15,119 bases of DNA from Bdellovibrionia bacterium (GCA_045805065.1 JBJMMA010000218.1:1-15119); one strand, 5' to 3'; numbered from the stretch's first letter, positions 1 to 8,515 are shown. The notes: generated by a model from the letters alone, not told the origin. A program made the numbers and translations.

Positions 1-244
1 TTACCAACTCAGAAGATTCGTTCTTCTTATATTCTATAATTACGGGATTATTTTCTTCAGATAATGCGAGGGTATCTATTCGTCCTGCGTGGTCGGTACC
101 GGTAGAAAATTCCGTAGCCACAAATATGCAATTAAACACGCTTCCTAGGTTCTTTTCTACAAGCGATTGCAATTCCTTCTCGAGATTGAAATTGTGAGCT
201 TTTACTACTTCGAGTTTATCTTGTTTGATTTGGAAGAGTGGCAT
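1..244 (-). CDS. NucS/DUF91-like PD-(D/E)XK endonuclease domain protein, 5' part only (truncated by window edge; this family often carries a C-terminal DUF5655 domain)
   Basis: Not in the ORF track. Manual translation from ATG at 244: MPLFQIKQDKLEVVKAHNFNLEKELQSLVEKNLGSVFNCIFVATEFSTGTDHAGRIDTLALSEENNPVIIEYKKNESSELV..., open to the edge. It has the LEKELQ helix and the GRIDTLA...IIEYK nuclease motif. SD-like GAGGG lies in the 12 nt between the upstream stop (257) and the ATG. Confidence 0.85.
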   Translation of the reverse strand, partial: MPLFQIKQDKLEVVKAHNFNLEKELQSLVEKNLGSVFNCIFVATEFSTGTDHAGRIDTLALSEENNPVIIEYKKNESSELV

Positions 245-256
245 GGGTTTCCCTCA

Positions 257-3200
257 CTATTTAGACCTTCGGAACTCAGGTCTGGCTTTTTCGAGAAGCT
301 CGTAAACCTTACTAACGCCGACCTTCATTTCGATAGTCTGCTTCTCCAGCACGCCTTTCTCGATGGCTATAAGCAAAATCTCGAGTGCCCAGTAGCTTTG
401 TTTGACACTAGGTAGGTTGCCAGCCTGTGCACGTTGCGCAAGTGTATATGACAAGCGCTTTTGGAATGGGGTAAAGATCCCGTTTTGTGATATTTGGAAC
501 CAAGTTTCCGCATCGATCGATTTCGCAGAGTCTACTATTGCGGTATGGAGCGGATTTAAGACTGAGCTCTCAGACTCTGTTAGAATTTGCTCAGTCTGGT
601 TTCCCAGTACTGTTGCTTGAGGTGGGTGGTCTATCTCATCCTTATCGCCGCAATCTATCGCGACTTCTTGGCTACGCGGCATATGCAGGGTGTGAACAGT
701 AGGTGAAGGCGGAGCTAATTCCTTAGATTGCTCGATCCAAGGTGTAATTTGAAGGGACTCTAGCGTTTCCCATAGGCTAGTGAGAGCTCCATCCGGATCT
801 AACCGGAATGAGCTCTCCCTTATTCTCCAGAAACGCCAGTTGCAACGTTCAAGTTCCCGTTGTCGAGCCGCATCTTCCTCATACTTTTCGGGACCGTGCC
901 AGAAATCACCATCGCATTCGACCGCAAGCTGGCCCTTGATGCCTTCGATGATCAAATCAATCCTTCTACCTGCGACTTCATACTGAGGAATAACTCTGAA
1001 TCCCCGATCATGAATTTTGAAAAAAACATCTAACTCAAACCAGCTGTCAAAAGGGGAGGGCGGACTTGCGATCGCACGATCGGAGTTCCTTGCCATGGTT
1101 CGAACCTCTTCGATTGATTTCCCATCAATTACTGTCCGCTGAATTTTGGGATTAAGGAAATACTCGAGAAGTTTGTATCTGTAGCACTTTGGGTTCACAT
1201 CGTTCAATGTTGCAGAGTGGAATAGCCACATCTGCTCTTTAGCTCTGCTCGCAGCGACGTTGAATCGGCGTTCATCTTTGTCTTTGCTCAAAACGCCTAT
1301 TCTGGAGTTATCCGACGGTGCGGAGACCAAACTGAGGAGCATGATGTCACGTTCATCGCCTTGAAAAGCGTATGCGTCACCACATACGAGTTCTCTCTTC
1401 TCAATTTCTTCTGGGCCAATCGTTTCGAGTAGACGCTTCTCAATCTGATTGGCTTGCGTATCTCCCAGTAGGCTTATGATCCCTAAAGTTTTGCCCTCAT
1501 ATGCAGGGTCTTTTACTAATTCCTGAATCTTTGAGACAATCGCTTCTACTTCTGGAGGATTCCAAATCTTACCGCTCGTGCCTTCCTGATAACCACCAGG
1601 AACCTGGATGCTCGCTACAACGGGTTGTAGGCGTCCCGCTCCGAATTGTTTTAATGGAATCAATGGCTCGCTTTGGTAACAAAGGTTGTTAGAGAATTGG
1701 ATTATTTCCGGCATACAGCGGAAATGCTCTCGAAGTCGTATGCGTCCTTTAAACCGGATTTTTGCGAGATCGAAAAAACTATCATCCACTCCAATGTTAT
1801 TAGAAAAAGGTATGTCGTTAATCCATTTCTCACGGAGAGCTTGTATGTCCTCACGATCAAGCATTGATTCAGGGCTAATTTGCTTATCGTCACCAACAAC
1901 TACGATCTTTTTGGCAAGATAATGAAGAAAGAGAGCTTCTGGTCCTGACTGACTAGCTTCGTCGATAATCACTACGTCAAAGCTGTCGGTCCCAGGTTTA
2001 ATCGATTCTGCCACACGTTGAATAGGCATAATCCAAGCCGGAATCGCTCCACGGCATTGTTCCATATGCTCGCGAGCAGCGCGGCGATGCTTGTTGGCAT
2101 ACTTGCCCGTCCCTTTACCAATTTTCCTTACTGCTTGTGACCAAGCAAGTAAGTGTTGGCGACGAAACTCGTTCATTCGTGAAGGTGAAAAACAATGCTC
2201 CCAGGATTTCGCGGCGGCCAGATTTTTGATGATTTCCTGCTCACGCTTTTTTTGGTTATTAAGCGTAATGGAAAGGCTTTGCTGAAGATCTGGATCGTCC
2301 ATTTCATGTAGCCAAGATCTAGCACATGCCCAATTCCAAGCCTCTTCGAAACCGCTGATATTTTCTAACCAATCAGAGGCGTAGCTCTTATTACGTATGC
2401 GAGCTGCAAGATTAGGAGCGGCAGTCTCGAGTTTAGTGAGCAGTTCCTCTTGTTTAGATTTCTTTTTTTTGGACTCAGCTAGTGAAACGATGATTGAGAG
2501 CGATTCATCATATTGACCAGCGTCTCGATTTTTGACAGCAGCCGTAAGAGCTCGATAAACGGGATGAGGTCTCTTTGAAGCGGTTGGCTTTAATGCTTTC
2601 TCGAGAACTAAAAGTTCGAGTTCGAGTTTTTCGTAATTCTCTTCTGCTTCAATAGCCTCAAATGTATCGATAAAAGTATTGATGTCTGAATCGTCTATCC
2701 AATTTGGTTCCAGGCACTTCTTTGCTCGCAGAAGTCTTATCTGCTCGAGGCATTCTAAAAGTGTATCAAGCGGTTCACAAAGATCTTCTAATTCTGCCAC
2801 CTGAAACTTTATATTCCCCGTTAAACTAACATCTAGTTCTTTCCATAGCTCCTGTAGTTTCCGGAGGGTCTCGGTGAGTTCAATCCAAGTAAGAAGTGTT
2901 TCAACAGCGGCGGCTGTTTTACATTCGCGTCCGCCAATACGGACAGATTGAACCAGATACAAAGCTTCTTTAACGACTTTTGCTCGGAATGGACCAAAGC
3001 CAAGACCTTTGCCAAGCGAGAGATGTGTATGTAAAGCTTGCGCGTGTGCTCTTACAACGCTTAGGTCCTTGCCTTCTAGTCCGCTTACTGAACGATCCGA
3101 AAGCTCACCCAAGAGTTTGCGGATCGTTTTAATGCCGGACTTTGTCTCTCTTAGGAGCTCTCTCCAAATTCTATCTCGCTCAGACAAGATTTGAGATCTT

Positions 3201-5167
3201 GCTTTATTTACCCAAGGAAAAGAGTGCTTGCCGATTGAAGTTATGAGATCAGCTATTTTCTGAGTGACATCAAGCAAAGCTACTCTTTGCGTTTTTGAAA
3301 ATTTCTTTAGATCAAAGTAAAGGCGATAGGCACGAAGTTCTGAATGGTTGGCAGCTGTTTGCTTTGCGACTGCCTCTATTTCACACATGCGGGAAAATTC
3401 TTCACATTTTGGAAGATGGTCGGAGGCAGGGATCTCCATACTCAATTGATCTTCAATTTCGTTTGTAAGTGATTCAGAAAGAGAAATTAGGGTGCGAAGG
3501 TCCTTATTTGTGAGCGGAGGACGACAGATCGAACTCGGGTGGTCATCCAGCCAATTGTGTTTGCTTTCCTCTGCTTTAATTTGTTCCGCAATGCGTGCAA
3601 GGGTTCCAGAATACGAGCCGAATTGTAGAGGGTGTTTAAAAGTTTCTGCTTCCCGAAGACTACGAAGTTTTTGTTGGGTGGCTGCTATTTCAGCGCGAAT
3701 CTTTCTTAGGGCTTCTCCGTGAGTACGAATCTCTTTTTGGTTTTGGATCGGATTCCAACAATTATACTTCTCGGTAATCCCTTGAACTGAGTCCTCAAGC
3801 GCTTTCATTCCATTTCCGTCGTCGCCTAATAGGCTGACACAAAGGGCTGAAACCTCTTTTGGAAATTTGTCGCGCAAAACTTTCAGCGCTCGCGGTGTGT
3901 GGCTGGTAACTAAGACGCGGTGACCTGTTGCAAGAAGATGGCAAATCAAATTAGCAATGGTATGCGACTTTCCGGTTCCAGGAGGCCCCTGTACTAACAC
4001 TCCTTGGCGAGCTGAAATGCGTTCCGCAATTTCCTTTTGTTCTTGGTTTGAAACGAGAGGAAAGTATATTTCTTGAGAATCGGATGTACTAGCTTGTTCA
4101 GAATGAGATGAGTCGGGTGCTGCATCGTCGATAATATCCACAAGTCGGGTAACACTGAGCGGTACGTCGCCATCAGATTTGAGCTGCTCAATAATTTCCT
4201 GATACATCCGGAGAAGACTTCGTTCCGTTTGCTTTCGGAGAATAATAGCCGGAGCGTAATGTAAAAGTGGATGTTCAGTGCTGCTTGATTGGGGAGTGAG
4301 TGATCCCTCATAGCGGCTGTCGGAGGAGAGGCTGTTCGTCCAGCTTTTTAATAGAGCTTCGACTGCAGCACCGTCCCATAGCTGCTCTCCAATTTCGTGA
4401 GCCTGTTGCTCAAGAGCTGACCAGACTTTCGCGTCTGGGCGCTTCTGTGGATCTATCATTTCCTGCTCGAGCTCCAGATTGACGCCCTCACCAGTTGGTC
4501 CTATCGTGATGGCGCCTTTGCGGGTATCAAAGCTAATAGTAATTCGAGTTGTTAGAATGTGCCGTCGAATCGAACTTGAAGGAGAGGATCTCCATGTAAG
4601 AAGTCCTAATCCTAAAACCACTTCATAGGCTTCGCCTAGCTTTTGTTGTTTTTGGTAAATTGAAAAGAGGTCTTTGTAGATCGCTTCAACCTTTGCAAGA
4701 CTCTGGTCATCGCTGGCCCATGGCTGCCAGTTCTTTTTTAAATATTTCGTCCAGGCATCTTGGAGCTGGGGTAATTCTGCGAAGTGTTGAATCACTGTTT
4801 CTTCAACTTGTTCTCCGGATGCGTTATCGCCAATCACAGTCTTTGAAACTGTGTCTCTGACCTTGGGCTCCTTCGACGAATCCCTAAGGTCTTTCGCAGT
4901 TACCCATTCTTTCAGCTCCTCGGGGGGAGAGGGAGGTTCCTTACGTTTTGGTTTTTTGATCTCGACCCACTTGTCAGAGGTTTCGTCAGTAGCTGGTCCC
5001 CAAGAGATGCAAAAGCAATCATTCTCGCGGGGGATGTCGCTGAACCATAGGACTTGTTCATAGTCTTTGAGGTCGAGGGTTACCTTTGACTTAAGCTGAG
5101 TAAGCTCTCGAAGGTAGGTGAATAGACGAACGGACTTCTCTCGCACATCTTCTTTAGCGCTGCTCAC
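257..5167 (-). CDS. SF1 helicase (AAA_11/AAA_12, UPF1/DNA2-like) fused to a C-terminal Vsr/DUF559/MTES_1575-like endonuclease
   Basis: 1636 aa. GTG start with GGAGA SD at 5172-5176. Helicase motifs: QGPPGTGKS, LVTSHT, VVIIDEASQ, VVGDDKQI, LREHFRC, AFQGDERD, RRFNVAASRAK. Nuclease region: FDSWFELDV...QYEVAGRRIDLII...LAVECDGDFWHG...DAARQRELERCNWRFWRI. Confidence 0.92.
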   Translation of the reverse strand: MSSAKEDVREKSVRLFTYLRELTQLKSKVTLDLKDYEQVLWFSDIPRENDCFCISWGPATDETSDKWVEIKKPKRKEPPSPPEELKEWVTAKDLRDSSKEPKVRDTVSKTVIGDNASGEQVEETVIQHFAELPQLQDAWTKYLKKNWQPWASDDQSLAKVEAIYKDLFSIYQKQQKLGEAYEVVLGLGLLTWRSSPSSSIRRHILTTRITISFDTRKGAITIGPTGEGVNLELEQEMIDPQKRPDAKVWSALEQQAHEIGEQLWDGAAVEALLKSWTNSLSSDSRYEGSLTPQSSSTEHPLLHYAPAIILRKQTERSLLRMYQEIIEQLKSDGDVPLSVTRLVDIIDDAAPDSSHSEQASTSDSQEIYFPLVSNQEQKEIAERISARQGVLVQGPPGTGKSHTIANLICHLLATGHRVLVTSHTPRALKVLRDKFPKEVSALCVSLLGDDGNGMKALEDSVQGITEKYNCWNPIQNQKEIRTHGEALRKIRAEIAATQQKLRSLREAETFKHPLQFGSYSGTLARIAEQIKAEESKHNWLDDHPSSICRPPLTNKDLRTLISLSESLTNEIEDQLSMEIPASDHLPKCEEFSRMCEIEAVAKQTAANHSELRAYRLYFDLKKFSKTQRVALLDVTQKIADLITSIGKHSFPWVNKARSQILSERDRIWRELLRETKSGIKTIRKLLGELSDRSVSGLEGKDLSVVRAHAQALHTHLSLGKGLGFGPFRAKVVKEALYLVQSVRIGGRECKTAAAVETLLTWIELTETLRKLQELWKELDVSLTGNIKFQVAELEDLCEPLDTLLECLEQIRLLRAKKCLEPNWIDDSDINTFIDTFEAIEAEENYEKLELELLVLEKALKPTASKRPHPVYRALTAAVKNRDAGQYDESLSIIVSLAESKKKKSKQEELLTKLETAAPNLAARIRNKSYASDWLENISGFEEAWNWACARSWLHEMDDPDLQQSLSITLNNQKKREQEIIKNLAAAKSWEHCFSPSRMNEFRRQHLLAWSQAVRKIGKGTGKYANKHRRAAREHMEQCRGAIPAWIMPIQRVAESIKPGTDSFDVVIIDEASQSGPEALFLHYLAKKIVVVGDDKQISPESMLDREDIQALREKWINDIPFSNNIGVDDSFFDLAKIRFKGRIRLREHFRCMPEIIQFSNNLCYQSEPLIPLKQFGAGRLQPVVASIQVPGGYQEGTSGKIWNPPEVEAIVSKIQELVKDPAYEGKTLGIISLLGDTQANQIEKRLLETIGPEEIEKRELVCGDAYAFQGDERDIMLLSLVSAPSDNSRIGVLSKDKDERRFNVAASRAKEQMWLFHSATLNDVNPKCYRYKLLEYFLNPKIQRTVIDGKSIEEVRTMARNSDRAIASPPSPFDSWFELDVFFKIHDRGFRVIPQYEVAGRRIDLIIEGIKGQLAVECDGDFWHGPEKYEEDAARQRELERCNWRFWRIRESSFRLDPDGALTSLWETLESLQITPWIEQSKELAPPSPTVHTLHMPRSQEVAIDCGDKDEIDHPPQATVLGNQTEQILTESESSVLNPLHTAIVDSAKSIDAETWFQISQNGIFTPFQKRLSYTLAQRAQAGNLPSVKQSYWALEILLIAIEKGVLEKQTIEMKVGVSKVYELLEKARPEFRRSK

Positions 5168-5407
5168 GGTTTCTCCGCATGTACATTTGACCCATTTTTA
5201 TCGGCGTAAAACCGGCAAAGCTTGAGGATAAATGCCTGAAATCAGAGAGATATTATAATCCTATTATATTTCGCATATTTAAGTAATCACCCATTCAGTT
5301 GAGAAATCCGGTGCCGTGATTTGAGATTAAGTCACAGCTTTAAGAACGGGGTGGAATAGCGTGCGATCATTAATGGCGGGCTGTTTTGTGACGATATTAC
5401 AAATACT

Positions 5408-5881
5408 ATGATCTTAGAAGCGATCCTCAAATTACTTGGAATAGTCGGAAGCCTCGGTATTTTTTCCGCTGGGATAGGCTACGCTCTTAATTCAGTCTCC
5501 GAACGCCAAAAGACACAGAGAGTTCTTTTTCAAGAATACGCAGTTCGTTACGGAAACATCATAGCAGCTCTACTCAAAAAGGGAGATTTCAAGCGTAGCT
5601 TCACTGCAACTGACGGGGAGGAACGAGAGCTGTGTCTGAAGCTATTTTTTCTTTTTACGGAGGAATTTTATCTCGCTGAGCATGGATACATCCCGCAGGA
5701 CGCGTGGAACACTTGGAAGGCCTCAGTAGAGGATCTTGTCAGGGTCCCATTTTTTCGTGAAGCCTGGGAGTACACCACGAGTCAGTACAAATTTTCACCA
5801 AAATTTAAGATTTGGATAGATACTGCCGCGTTTCGAGTGCAAAAACCTACCCAGCTTATTCGAGACCGAGAGATTGCTTAA
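5408..5881 (+). CDS. Hypothetical protein with N-terminal transmembrane helix and helical cytoplasmic domain (DUF4760/DUF6082-like)
   Basis: 157-aa ORF. Hydrophobic N-terminus (ILEAILKLLGIVGSLGIFSAGIGYAL) and the pattern LFFLFTEEFYLAEHGYIPQDAWNTWK...FFREAW. Family assignment is from memory. No clear SD. Confidence 0.65.
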   Translation: MILEAILKLLGIVGSLGIFSAGIGYALNSVSERQKTQRVLFQEYAVRYGNIIAALLKKGDFKRSFTATDGEERELCLKLFFLFTEEFYLAEHGYIPQDAWNTWKASVEDLVRVPFFREAWEYTTSQYKFSPKFKIWIDTAAFRVQKPTQLIRDREIA

Positions 5882-5920
5882 GAACGGGTATCGGATATTG
5901 GTGAAATACGGAATCACGAT

Positions 5921-5944
5921 TGCTGTTTCTTTTTCGAAACAGCA
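5921..5944. terminator. Stem-loop between convergent genes, possible bidirectional terminator
   Basis: TGCTGTTTC-tttttc-GAAACAGCA, a perfect 9-bp stem. No strong U-tract on either side. Confidence 0.5.
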
Positions 5945-5999
5945 GCCTTCGGAATTACAAATAGTTCGCTTAGTCTCCCTCAGTATCGCAAGTCAGTTC

Positions 6000-6326
6000 T
6001 TAGTCGTGCTGTGACTTCCAAGAAAGAGGAAGCCACTTGTGTCGCGGCTTAAAGTCCCAAGGAATGATGTCAGAGTTGTGTCTGGATTCAACCAGACTTG
6101 TTGTAAATGCGCCTTCTTCCACGTGCGACTTTAATTCAACTCCAGTCGGAGCAGGAGCTGGAAACTGTACTTTGGCACTTTCAAGTCGAGCGCGGTCTAG
6201 GAGCATGTTAATAAAATCGGAGATGCTATTGCCTTGAAGACGAGTTTGCTCATCGACCCATGATTTGTTCTCAGGGCGAACATGCGCGTATAGTACCTCA
6301 GAATAGCCTTTATTCGGCCTTGGCAT
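6000..6326 (-). CDS. Ribbon-helix-helix (CopG/MetJ-like) DNA-binding protein
   Basis: Start revised from 6437 to ATG at 6326, which has a perfect GGAGG SD at 6333-6337. 108 aa. MPRPNKGYSEVLYAHVRPENKSWVDEQTRLQGNSISDFINMLLDRAR fits the strand-helix-G.S.S..I..LL RHH pattern. Confidence 0.7.
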   Translation of the reverse strand: MPRPNKGYSEVLYAHVRPENKSWVDEQTRLQGNSISDFINMLLDRARLESAKVQFPAPAPTGVELKSHVEEGAFTTSLVESRHNSDIIPWDFKPRHKWLPLSWKSQHD

Positions 6327-6409
6327 TGGAAACCTCCATAAATTGAAACCGGCTGGTATCATGCGGACGGCTTCGGAGCAAGTTAGGCAACGAATATGAG
6401 GTAATTGCA

Positions 6410-6459
6410 AATCAACGCTCAATTGGTTGATTGACACGTTTCTAGCCCAGAAATATCAA
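6410..6459 (+). promoter_or_regulatory. Candidate sigma70 promoter with an overlapping inverted repeat
   Basis: TTGACA (6431-6436), 17-nt spacer, TATCAA (6454-6459). Inverted repeat AATCAAC-N9-GTTGATT at 6410-6432 overlaps the -35 box. Confidence 0.4.
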
Positions 6460-6531
6460 GAGGATAGGCATTCTTCTATTTTTTAAACAACATCACTTAA
6501 CTCCCGGGAGCACCTGACCGAAACGTAAGAC

Positions 6532-8007
6532 ATGCGTTTTAGGGTCAGTTCGGCGACAGTATGTGCCGTCATCATGTTATTGCTTCCAGGCCAAAAGGCG
6601 TTTGGGACGGTTCTTCAATTGGCCCAAGGGGATGGCGCTGGTCTTGATTCGTCCGTTGCGATTGTGGATTCGGCTGGAAAAGATGGCGAAGAAGTCTATC
6701 GCATGGATGAAGGCGAGTTGATTGAAGGCGCCAAAGAGGATCCAAAACATCCGGGCTGGTATTCGCTTCAAGGCAAAGACCGAAACGGCAAGCCTCATAC
6801 TTTCTGGTTCAAGAAGAGTAAAAACCTCAATTCGGTTGATCCTGGCAAAGTTCAAATCGGCCTGGACGTTGAAGGAGCGGTGACGCTCACAAGAAAGCCC
6901 GGCTTGAGTTGGAGCACTGCAAAGGCTTCGGATAAGGTGGGATGGCCCGTCGCTCAGGACAAACTTAAATATCTGGATTCGGAACTGGTGGAGATGGAAG
7001 ATCCCATCACTCACGAGATTCGCTGGCAGCTGTTTTACAAAGTGAAATTTACTCACAAGTCCAAGAAGTCTGCCGCCGACGTGACGGAAGGTGAAGGCTG
7101 GGTAAACGCCGATTACATCCGTAACGACATTGTCCGAAATGATGAAGAAGATCAGCTTGGGCAGCTTATCAAAAAGCTCGACAAGAAAGATGATCCAAAG
7201 TGCGCACCAGATCGGAAACATACGGCGCCTCACGCAAAAGCCGTGGTTGAGGCCAAGGAGGCTTTGCAGCCTTTGGCCGAAGAGGAAATCGTAGAGCGGA
7301 TCTCGCCTCATTTGGGTAAGTGCTTGCTGGATGACTCCCTCAATGTTCCGGAGCTTGGTAAAGGAACTTCGGCTTTTGACTCCACCGTTCTGAAACATTG
7401 GAAGGAAGCCTCGACTCCAAAAGACATCCCAAGCCCTTTGAGCGGGAAACTTACAAAATCAGACCTGGTGAATATCGATACCTTTGCTCGCACGATCTAC
7501 GGTGAGATGGCTAGCTGCTTTGACAACGGTTTGCAATACCCGATGGCCATGGCGAAAGTCGTCAGCAATCGAGTCGAGTACATCCAAAAGCATGAGGGCG
7601 AGGCCACGCCTTTCGCCCCAGAATCGATCCGCGATAAACTCAAGGGGAGCTTCAGCGCTGTTCTGACTCATCCTTATCAATTTTCAGTCTGGAACAAAAA
7701 GATTGACGGTAAGACCAACCCAAGCCTGAAACAAGTGCTCTGTCCTCCGCGCGATCCGGAAGCCAAGTTCTGGCCTAAAGTGAAGCCTTCCAAAAAAGAG
7801 AGCGGTATCTGGAAAGAAAGCATCCGGATTGCGATTGAAGCCGTGTTGTTTCCTGAGAAATTCAGAAAGAAAACTGAGCACGTCAATGAGCTTTATTACA
7901 CGTCAGGCCTTGGATACTTCATGCAAGGATTTCAACGTGCCTATCATGCGGTCATGGGGAAACCCGTCAGTCGCGGACGTTGCATCGAGCTTTGGAGAAA
8001 GAAATGA
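6532..8007 (+). CDS. Secreted cell-wall hydrolase (Hydrolase_2/SleB-like lytic transglycosylase) with N-terminal SH3-like regions
   Basis: 491 aa. Signal-peptide-like N-terminus. SH3b-like segments (HPGWYSLQ; FYKVKF...EGWVNADYI). Catalytic-domain motifs DTFARTIYGE, AMAKVVSNRV, VLTHPYQFSVWN and LYY. Confidence 0.8.
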   Translation: MRFRVSSATVCAVIMLLLPGQKAFGTVLQLAQGDGAGLDSSVAIVDSAGKDGEEVYRMDEGELIEGAKEDPKHPGWYSLQGKDRNGKPHTFWFKKSKNLNSVDPGKVQIGLDVEGAVTLTRKPGLSWSTAKASDKVGWPVAQDKLKYLDSELVEMEDPITHEIRWQLFYKVKFTHKSKKSAADVTEGEGWVNADYIRNDIVRNDEEDQLGQLIKKLDKKDDPKCAPDRKHTAPHAKAVVEAKEALQPLAEEEIVERISPHLGKCLLDDSLNVPELGKGTSAFDSTVLKHWKEASTPKDIPSPLSGKLTKSDLVNIDTFARTIYGEMASCFDNGLQYPMAMAKVVSNRVEYIQKHEGEATPFAPESIRDKLKGSFSAVLTHPYQFSVWNKKIDGKTNPSLKQVLCPPRDPEAKFWPKVKPSKKESGIWKESIRIAIEAVLFPEKFRKKTEHVNELYYTSGLGYFMQGFQRAYHAVMGKPVSRGRCIELWRKK

Positions 8008-8477
8008 ATTACTGCACAAAACCGCTCTTGGTACTTCTCGGTTGCAGTCTGCTCCAGAGCGCTCCAGTCTTTGCGAAGACATCTTGTGAGGCTGCTTATC
8101 AAGTGAAGGAAGATGTAGCCTACCTCGAGATTGGAAAGGCAAAGCCCGTCGCGCTTCCAGAGCCGGGTCCTGGTCAAAAATGCGAAAAGATCTGGGCTGA
8201 TCCACATTCCAAATATGTGATCGCTCAGGTTGAGACGGGTGCCTTGGGAACCCAGGTTCTTGTTCAACACACCTATCTGCTTGTCTATGAAGTCGCAAAA
8301 GGTGCGCTCAAGGAGCTCAAGAGAATCGAGCTTAAAAGCACCGAGAGAAGCTCAAAAGGGACACATACGCTGAAAGACTGCGAGGCCATCGTGCCTGAGC
8401 TTAAGTCCAAGGCTAGATTTGAGATCCAGCTCAAGTGTCAGGGGAGTGCATCCATCGAAGCTGTTCAAATTCCTTAG
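8004..8477 (+). CDS. Small secreted hypothetical protein, translationally coupled to the hydrolase
   Basis: Start revised to ATG 8004, which overlaps the hydrolase stop (ATGA 8004-8007). GGAGA SD at 7994-7998. Signal peptide MNYCTKPLLVLLGCSLLQSAPVFA. Four Cys in the mature part. 157 aa. Confidence 0.75.
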   Translation: MNYCTKPLLVLLGCSLLQSAPVFAKTSCEAAYQVKEDVAYLEIGKAKPVALPEPGPGQKCEKIWADPHSKYVIAQVETGALGTQVLVQHTYLLVYEVAKGALKELKRIELKSTERSSKGTHTLKDCEAIVPELKSKARFEIQLKCQGSASIEAVQIP

Positions 8478-8515
8478 CCACCTGTATATAAACCCATACA
8501 AGAAGGAATTCTTTT

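Noticed and set aside
167..5063. Many short ORFs within the helicase gene
   Set aside because: They are antisense or off-frame shadows of a motif-complete 1636-aa CDS and have no recognisable domains.
6327..6437. N-terminal extension of the RHH ORF given in the ORF track
   Set aside because: A perfect GGAGG SD precedes ATG 6326, and the extension covers the probable divergent promoter region.
6577..7398. 273-aa minus-strand ORF
   Set aside because: It is the antisense shadow of the hydrolase gene and has no motifs.
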